From a bacterium (lineage in GTDB: Bacteria > Babelota > Babeliae > Babelales > JAUWHS01), in the NCBI GenBank assembly GCA_043818275.1, contig JBDRFY010000027.1, forward strand, positions 1-30,934: a stretch of 30,934 nt of DNA. The letters run 5' to 3'. The notes below the pieces were generated by a model. It saw only the letters and a program-made list of their open reading frames with translations. It had not been told where the DNA came from and made no database searches. The stretch's first letter is position 1. Each line of letters opens with the position of its first letter. A program made the position numbers and the translations under genes. Shown in pieces: positions 26,401 through 30,934 of this stretch.

Positions 26401-27665
26401 ACTAGAAAACCATTTTCTTGTCCTCCGGTAATTAATTCCAGGCCATCAGGAGAAAAGGCAATAGAACGACAAGCTGAATTTGGATGATTTTGATTCCAGG
26501 TTTCAGTTAAACTACCAGAAAGTCCAACATCAAATATTTTAATTTCCGTTGTTCCTGGACCTACAAAATCATCTCCTCCAACAGCCAGCCATTTACCATC
26601 AGGAGAGAAAGCAATAGAATATACGTGATCACCATCATAATTTTGATTCCAGGTGTTGGTTAAACTACCAGAAAGTCCAACATCAAACATTTGAATTCTT
26701 GTTGCGGCTGTTCCAGATTCTCCTCCTGCCGCTAACCATAAACCATCAGGAGAAAAAGCTAAACATAAAGCAGTATGACCAAATACTTGTAACCATGTGG
26801 AAGTTAAAGAACCAGATAGTCCAATATCAAAAATTTCAATTTCTCCTGGATTGCCAACTTCTCCTCCTGTTGCCAACCATTGCCCATCAGGAGAAAAATC
26901 AAGGCAATTAACACCAACTCCATTACTGGACTGATTCCATGTGAAAGTTAAACTTCCCGAAAAACCAACATCATACATTTGTATTATTTGATTTGCTGCA
27001 ACTTCCCAAGATGGATATCCAATTGCCAACCATAAACCATCCGGTGAAAATTTAATTACATTTGGTGCGCCAGGGATTATTTCAGTCCAAATTTCATTTA
27101 AATCACCATTTTGCTGTATCTCATACATTTTTATTGAATTTAAAGGAGAAGAATCAGGTAACCAAACCCGTTTTGGAGTGGATAAAAATAAATTGTTTGG
27201 GTGAAAATCTACATCGTACCAGGTATTATTTTCTGTTGATTGTTGTTCCCAAAAATTTGTGTTTTGTGTTGTTAAATTATAGTTGGTATCAAGAAACCCT
27301 ATGTTTTGGTTTGATCTAAAAAGAAATGCATTGCCATTGCCTTTTATAAAACTTTTGTTTTCAGTATTAAAATAACTATTAGCGTCAAATTTTAAGTCTC
27401 TTTGCAATTCCAATAAAGCATTATTTTGTAAAAATATTTCTTGTTCGACGGGTTGAATTATTCCTAGTGTTGCGACAGAATTTTCATTGATTATCATTCC
27501 GTTTTGTAATTGAACGATTCCTTCAATTGTGTCCCAACTTGTTGTTATTTGATAAGGATAGTTTTTAACTATTTTTTCTATTTCAGGATATTTTGTGGAA
27601 TTTATATTTGTTGTAAAAAAAAGACTAAAAAAAGAAAAATAGATAAAAATTTTTAATGATTTCAT
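23442..27665 (-). CDS. Large secreted beta-scaffold protein with 7+14 WD40-like blades (paralogue 3)
   Basis: Signal peptide; the same scaffold motifs; about 21 (F/Y)S(P/S)(D/N)G..LA.GG repeats in two blocks. Confidence 0.87.
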   Translation of the reverse strand: MKSLKIFIYFSFFSLFFTTNINSTKYPEIEKIVKNYPYQITTSWDTIEGIVQLQNGMIINENSVATLGIIQPVEQEIFLQNNALLELQRDLKFDANSYFNTENKSFIKGNGNAFLFRSNQNIGFLDTNYNLTTQNTNFWEQQSTENNTWYDVDFHPNNLFLSTPKRVWLPDSSPLNSIKMYEIQQNGDLNEIWTEIIPGAPNVIKFSPDGLWLAIGYPSWEVAANQIIQMYDVGFSGSLTFTWNQSSNGVGVNCLDFSPDGQWLATGGEVGNPGEIEIFDIGLSGSLTSTWLQVFGHTALCLAFSPDGLWLAAGGESGTAATRIQMFDVGLSGSLTNTWNQNYDGDHVYSIAFSPDGKWLAVGGDDFVGPGTTEIKIFDVGLSGSLTETWNQNHPNSACRSIAFSPDGLELITGGQENGFLVYDVGSTGSLTLKDSITTGEPIRKVVVSDNGKFLATEYDTDVSQDLTVYRKFRYHLEEPTMTIQSSNIEFLSDTIIDGNGKEIIIANGSQIIIDSNVTVTLKNLILKTPTQSPSMDCIKTYVDSKLSLQNVMLSLGGDTEFSNGQLFIHDDVIISGTSSFIYSSTQNLIIDKDSTLVFDLDTIFTYSPHDTNRDLIIMQDNSSQLFLNGCTILTTPTTMRLTKGTLIIDDKVTFNLLFPNSIAQQNPTFFTSPSFYDIRQTTSFDYAGSLINDFAFYPGGKFLATGGNAIGSEIEIYLPESEKGLSDFNVYAFDGNDYIIFSIGITSTTFGDFLSYFSADYLKTFKILSDGQLQQTDSKSISGSISNAVDYSSDSKWLAIGFYHEIRIYRLNSDGTLTQEDSISISYRANSISFSSDGKYLAVSQEGYNTVNFYSVANDGTLALINTQNYAGTEINSLEFSKDGKFIAFGGDNSSNEIEIYTLTTNCRLTDTHYANYNGTEVNSISFHPDSQQLAVCGNGTNEIEVYSVASDGTLSLLDSQNNNLYIANSLKYSSNGKFLAAGGNGTEYALTEAYNVNSDGTLTYLDLIQFGNKDSAHKINVVNFIPKNFVVTTAGEKNNPGMSTLPTLETYRISEQDGLQQIAFINYDNLQTGQQVYSVDISNNGKFLACAGVNVNSNEVEIYSIKGLATIDLIESSDYGSTNTVYSLKFSPNNKFLAVGGNEATNEIEFLSLDLDGYITTTHYANYGGSIVYSLDFSPDGQFLAVGGDNSGNEIVVYFVERNGSLTLKDSQNYAGTEVYAVKFCPNGKYLAVGGNNSAIEIYSISQNGTLTFITSKNYNGTKINSISFSKYGQFMCVDGNGSTYKSEIYYIDKNGNITLVENLTFGGTETNSSIFSPDGKIIYIGGNNENYEIEAHPFKYPYEFSQNYFSTYNWSPYTPPTQPTITHNAITFGNSELGANHNLKINILNGALLQLSCPLNIDNV

Positions 27666-27745
27666 TAATTTCCCTTCTTCCTTTTTTTGAAAAATTTATT
27701 TCTATGCAAAAATAACAGTATTAAAAAAGAATTTAAAAGTAAATT

Positions 27746-28990
27746 TTATAAATATTTTATAACTTCAGTTTGTTTTACCGTTTCACTTTTACCAGTTTGC
27801 ATATTTTTAACAGTGACTGTTCCTTTTTCCTGTTCTACTTCTCCCAAGATCAAAACATTTTTAGCACCTAACTTATTTGCTTTTTTCATCATGTTGGTCA
27901 TGGATGCAGTGTCGAGTAAGACATCCGCACAAATATTATTTGATTGTAAATTGTATGCGAGAAGAAGGGCTAGTTCCTGTTGTTGCTCAGACATTGGCAA
28001 TATTATATTGATTGCTTTTTCTTGTGGGATGGCTAAATTGTTTTGGTATTTTTCAACCAGCATTAAAAGTCGTCCCATTCCAATTGCGCAACCGGTTGAA
28101 TCAAATTCTTCTTTTTCTCCAATTTCTTTTGCCAAATTATATCTTCCGCCACCGCAAAAAGCGTTTTGCGCGCCAAGTTCGTCACTACTAAATTCAAAAA
28201 CAGTTTTGTTGTAATAATCAAGTCCGCGAACAAGTTTATGATCAACGACATAACTTACAGATAAAATATCAAGAGTGTTTAACAGACTGTTCCATTCCAT
28301 TAAAGATTTTTCAGATAAATAATTGGTTAGCTTTGGACTATTGGCATAAATTTTTTGGCATGTTTCACTTTTGCAGTCAAAAACTCTGAGGATATTTTTT
28401 TCTTTTCTTTCTTTGCATGTTTCACAAATTTTGGATTCATTTTTTGATAAAAATTCATAAAGTTTATCTTTAAATATTTTTCTGTCTTCAATTTTTCCCA
28501 AAAAATTTAATTTTATGACATAACTATTGATATTTAATTTTTCACTGAAAAAAACATCAAGCATTTTTATGAATTGCGCATCGTGCATAATTGAGGGGGC
28601 ATTTATTACTTCGATATTGAATTGTTCAAATTGACGCCAGCGGCCTTTTTGTGGACGTTCGTATCGAAACATTGCTCCATAAGAATATGTTTTCCATGGT
28701 TTTTCAGTTACATTATTTTCAAAATAAGCGCGCATAGTTGAAGCTGTTGCTTCGGGTCGTAATGTTATACTATCTTCATCTTCATTGCGTGGTGGAATTG
28801 TAAACATCTCTTTGGTAACAACATCTGTTTGTTCACCCAAAGAACGTGTAAATAGTTTTGTGTATTCAATTATTGGGGTTTCAATTTTTGTGAAATTGTA
28901 AATTTGCATATGTTTTTCTGCTAATGAAATGACAAAGTCGTGTAATTTTAAATTTAAAATATCCTGAGTTCCTTTTACCCGATTAATCAT
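27746..28990 (-). CDS. hisS: Histidine--tRNA ligase
   Basis: RVKGTQD, LRPEATAS, FRYERPQKGRWRQF, LVRGLDYY, GGGRY and a C-terminal anticodon-binding domain. Confidence 0.97.
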   Translation of the reverse strand: MINRVKGTQDILNLKLHDFVISLAEKHMQIYNFTKIETPIIEYTKLFTRSLGEQTDVVTKEMFTIPPRNEDEDSITLRPEATASTMRAYFENNVTEKPWKTYSYGAMFRYERPQKGRWRQFEQFNIEVINAPSIMHDAQFIKMLDVFFSEKLNINSYVIKLNFLGKIEDRKIFKDKLYEFLSKNESKICETCKERKEKNILRVFDCKSETCQKIYANSPKLTNYLSEKSLMEWNSLLNTLDILSVSYVVDHKLVRGLDYYNKTVFEFSSDELGAQNAFCGGGRYNLAKEIGEKEEFDSTGCAIGMGRLLMLVEKYQNNLAIPQEKAINIILPMSEQQQELALLLAYNLQSNNICADVLLDTASMTNMMKKANKLGAKNVLILGEVEQEKGTVTVKNMQTGKSETVKQTEVIKYL

Positions 28991-29094
28991 TTTTTTATCC
29001 TTATCAATTTTAAAATTTATTATTAAGTTGCATTTTAGCGAAAAAAGGCCTTCCTGTCATTAAGACTGTAATGGTTGCTTTTTTTATTAAAAAA

Positions 29095-29145
29095 TATACA
29101 AAAAAAGTATTTATGCTAATTTTGGTATATTACAAAATTTTATAT
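29095..29145 (+). promoter_or_regulatory. Putative autoregulatory operator array and promoter of the TA operon
   Basis: Adjacent imperfect palindromes tatac-A7-gtatt, tatgcta-attt-tggtata and ttacaaaattttatat overlap an extended -10-like TGGTATATT just upstream of the toxin start. Confidence 0.5.
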
Positions 29146-29153
29146 GGAAGATT

Positions 29154-29513
29154 ATGAAGTTTAAAGGTGTAATATGGGTTGGGTCAAGTAAGGATGACTT
29201 TTTAAAGTTTCCTGAAGAAGTTAGGCGTTGTATGGGTTATGGCCTTTACTTGGCTCAAACAGGCACACGATCTTTACATAGCAAAATACTTAAAGGTTTT
29301 GGTGGAGCTAAGATAATTGAAATTAAAGAAAATACTGAATCTGGAACCTTTCGCGTGGTTTATACTATAAAAATTGCAGATTTTATATTTGTGCTTCACG
29401 CGTTTCAAAAAAAATCCAAACATGGAATTAAAACTCCAAAGCAAGAAATAGATTTAGTAAAAAAAAGATTTAAGGACGCGCAGATAATATATAAGGATTT
29501 AATTAATGAATAA
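29154..29513 (+). CDS. RelE/ParE superfamily toxin (phage Gp49-like/HigB type)
   Basis: WVGSSKDD...FPEEVR..MGYGLYLAQ.G...LKGFGG...FRVVY...VLHAFQKKSK.GIKTPK.EIDL. Confidence 0.88.
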   Translation: MKFKGVIWVGSSKDDFLKFPEEVRRCMGYGLYLAQTGTRSLHSKILKGFGGAKIIEIKENTESGTFRVVYTIKIADFIFVLHAFQKKSKHGIKTPKQEIDLVKKRFKDAQIIYKDLINE

Positions 29514-29856
29514 AAAATTTGAAAAGGGTAAGGATAATATTTTTGCGGATTTAAATATTTCTAATTCTGAAGAAGCTTTAGCGAAAGCTGAATTGGCAAG
29601 ACAAATTTATAACATAATTAAGAAAAAAAAATTGACTCAGGCTAAAGCGGCTCTTGTTTTAGGGGTTGATCAGCCAAAGGTTTCAGCCTTAATAAGTGGA
29701 AAACTTTCAGGTTTTTCCCTTGGAAAGCTTTTTCGTTTTTTAAATGAACTTGGACAAGATATAACAATTAATGTTAAACCCAAGTTACGCATGCGTAAAA
29801 AGGGATCAATTAGTATTAATTTGGGTAATACAATTTCAACTTACATTCGCCATTAA
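29506..29856 (+). CDS. XRE family HTH antitoxin (HigA-like)
   Basis: NIFADL...KAELA...LTQAKAALVLGVDQPKVSAL.SGKL.GFS; overlaps the toxin stop codon. Confidence 0.88.
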   Translation: MNKKFEKGKDNIFADLNISNSEEALAKAELARQIYNIIKKKKLTQAKAALVLGVDQPKVSALISGKLSGFSLGKLFRFLNELGQDITINVKPKLRMRKKGSISINLGNTISTYIRH

Positions 29857-29872
29857 AAAGTAAAGATGGATT

Positions 29873-30916
29873 GTGATGTTTTGTCCGAAAAAAGCGATTT
29901 TGGTTCTTGGTGGAGCGGGATATATTGGTTCTCACTCTTCTTATTTACTTTCCCAACTTGGTTATGAAGTAATAATTGTTGATAAATTATTACATGGCCA
30001 AACATTTAACCATTCATGGGCTAAATTAATAAAAACGGATTTTGCTAATGAAGAAATTTTAAATATAATTTTTGATAAATTTGAAATAGAAGCTGTTATG
30101 CATTTTGCTGCTTTAATTGAAGTTGGTGAATCCGTAAAGCGGCCGGCAGATTTTTATGAAAACAATGTTATTAAAACATTAAAGTTTTTAAACCTGATGC
30201 TCAAAAAGAATGTTAAAAATTTTATTTTTTCATCAAGTTGCGCTGTTTATGGTGATCCGATTAAAATTCCGATGGATGAAAATCATCCCAAAAATCCTGT
30301 AAGCCCATATGGTAAAAATAAACTTGCTGTTGAATATGCTTTGCAAGATTATGCGCATGCTTATGGATTAAAATATGTCTCACTACGTTATTTTAATGCA
30401 AGCGGTGCTTTACCGGAACAAAATTTAGGTGAACAACATAATCCGGAAACTCATATAATTCCATTGATGTTGCGTGCAATAAAAAATAAAAAAAAATTTA
30501 AAATTTTTGGAACAGATTATGATTCAGTTGATGGAACTTGTGTGCGTGATTACATTCATGTTTTGGATATTGCACATGCCCATATTCTTGCTTTGCAATA
30601 TTTAAATGATAGAAATAATTCTGATTGTTTTAACTTGGGAACAGGAAACGGTTTGACTGTTGGACAAATGATTAATGCAGCAGAAAAAATTACCGCACAA
30701 AAATTAATTACAAAAAATTATCCGCGTCGCGCCGGAGATAGCACAGCTTTAGTTGCAGATTATTCAAAAGCAAAAAAAGTTCTTGGATGGGAACCTGAAA
30801 ATTCTGATATTAATTTTATTCTAAAAACGGCCTGGCAATGGGAAAATGAAGCGCTCAACGGCTTAAAAGCCGTTGTATCAGCGCGGAATTCTTCGAAGCC
30901 AACCCTACTTCGCTAA
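29873..30916 (+). CDS. galE: UDP-glucose 4-epimerase
   Basis: GGAGYIG, HFAALIEVGESV, FSSSCAVYG, YGKNK, LRYFNA, DGTCVRDYIHV and RRAGD. Confidence 0.95.
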   Translation: MMFCPKKAILVLGGAGYIGSHSSYLLSQLGYEVIIVDKLLHGQTFNHSWAKLIKTDFANEEILNIIFDKFEIEAVMHFAALIEVGESVKRPADFYENNVIKTLKFLNLMLKKNVKNFIFSSSCAVYGDPIKIPMDENHPKNPVSPYGKNKLAVEYALQDYAHAYGLKYVSLRYFNASGALPEQNLGEQHNPETHIIPLMLRAIKNKKKFKIFGTDYDSVDGTCVRDYIHVLDIAHAHILALQYLNDRNNSDCFNLGTGNGLTVGQMINAAEKITAQKLITKNYPRRAGDSTALVADYSKAKKVLGWEPENSDINFILKTAWQWENEALNGLKAVVSARNSSKPTLLR

Positions 30917-30930
30917 AGCTTCGAAGGGTT
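30851..30930. repeat. Two palindromic elements overlapping the galE 3' end
   Basis: gcgct-caacggct-taaa-agccgttg-tatc-agcgc (30851-30884) and aaccct-acttcgctaaagcttcga-agggtt (30901-30930). Confidence 0.7.
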
Positions 30931-30934
30931 CTAC

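Noticed and set aside
18648..27665. WD40 paralogue array as a diversity-generating retroelement target
   Set aside because: No reverse transcriptase and no template/variable repeat pair with adenine-specific differences was seen.
27687..28214. 175-aa ORF on the + strand
   Set aside because: Antisense shadow of hisS. The other short ORFs overlapping well-supported genes were rejected for the same reason.

Overview
Very AT-rich bacterial chromosomal window. My inference is Candidatus Dependentiae/Babelota (TM6), an intracellular parasite of protists, based on tandem signal-peptide-bearing eukaryote-like paralogues and the beta-helix/WD40 family style; this is not proven. Housekeeping genes (trmB, lgt, dnaG, rpoD, truA, cdsA, hisS, galE) are interleaved with two type II toxin-antitoxin pairs (hicB-hicA and a RelE/Gp49-like toxin with an XRE antitoxin) and a DUF5674 two-gene unit. 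There are two tandem arrays of secreted paralogues. One has three cPLA2/phospholipase-B-type enzymes. The other has three proteins in which 7-bladed WD40-like propellers are inserted into a conserved beta-rich scaffold (7, 7 and 7+14 blades). The most unusual signal is non-coding: at least four families of GC-rich palindromic REP/MITE-like elements, some nested inside one another. A roughly 240-260 bp element sits at the same nucleotide of a short host palindrome, with an 11-bp duplication, at two loci (15.5 kb and 23.2 kb). Its inner arms differ between copies and its core spacer is inverted between two copies. A separate element at 20.8 kb shows compensatory base changes, and small palindromes are embedded in coding sequences. 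No transposase, reverse transcriptase, CRISPR array, tRNA or rRNA is visible in the window.
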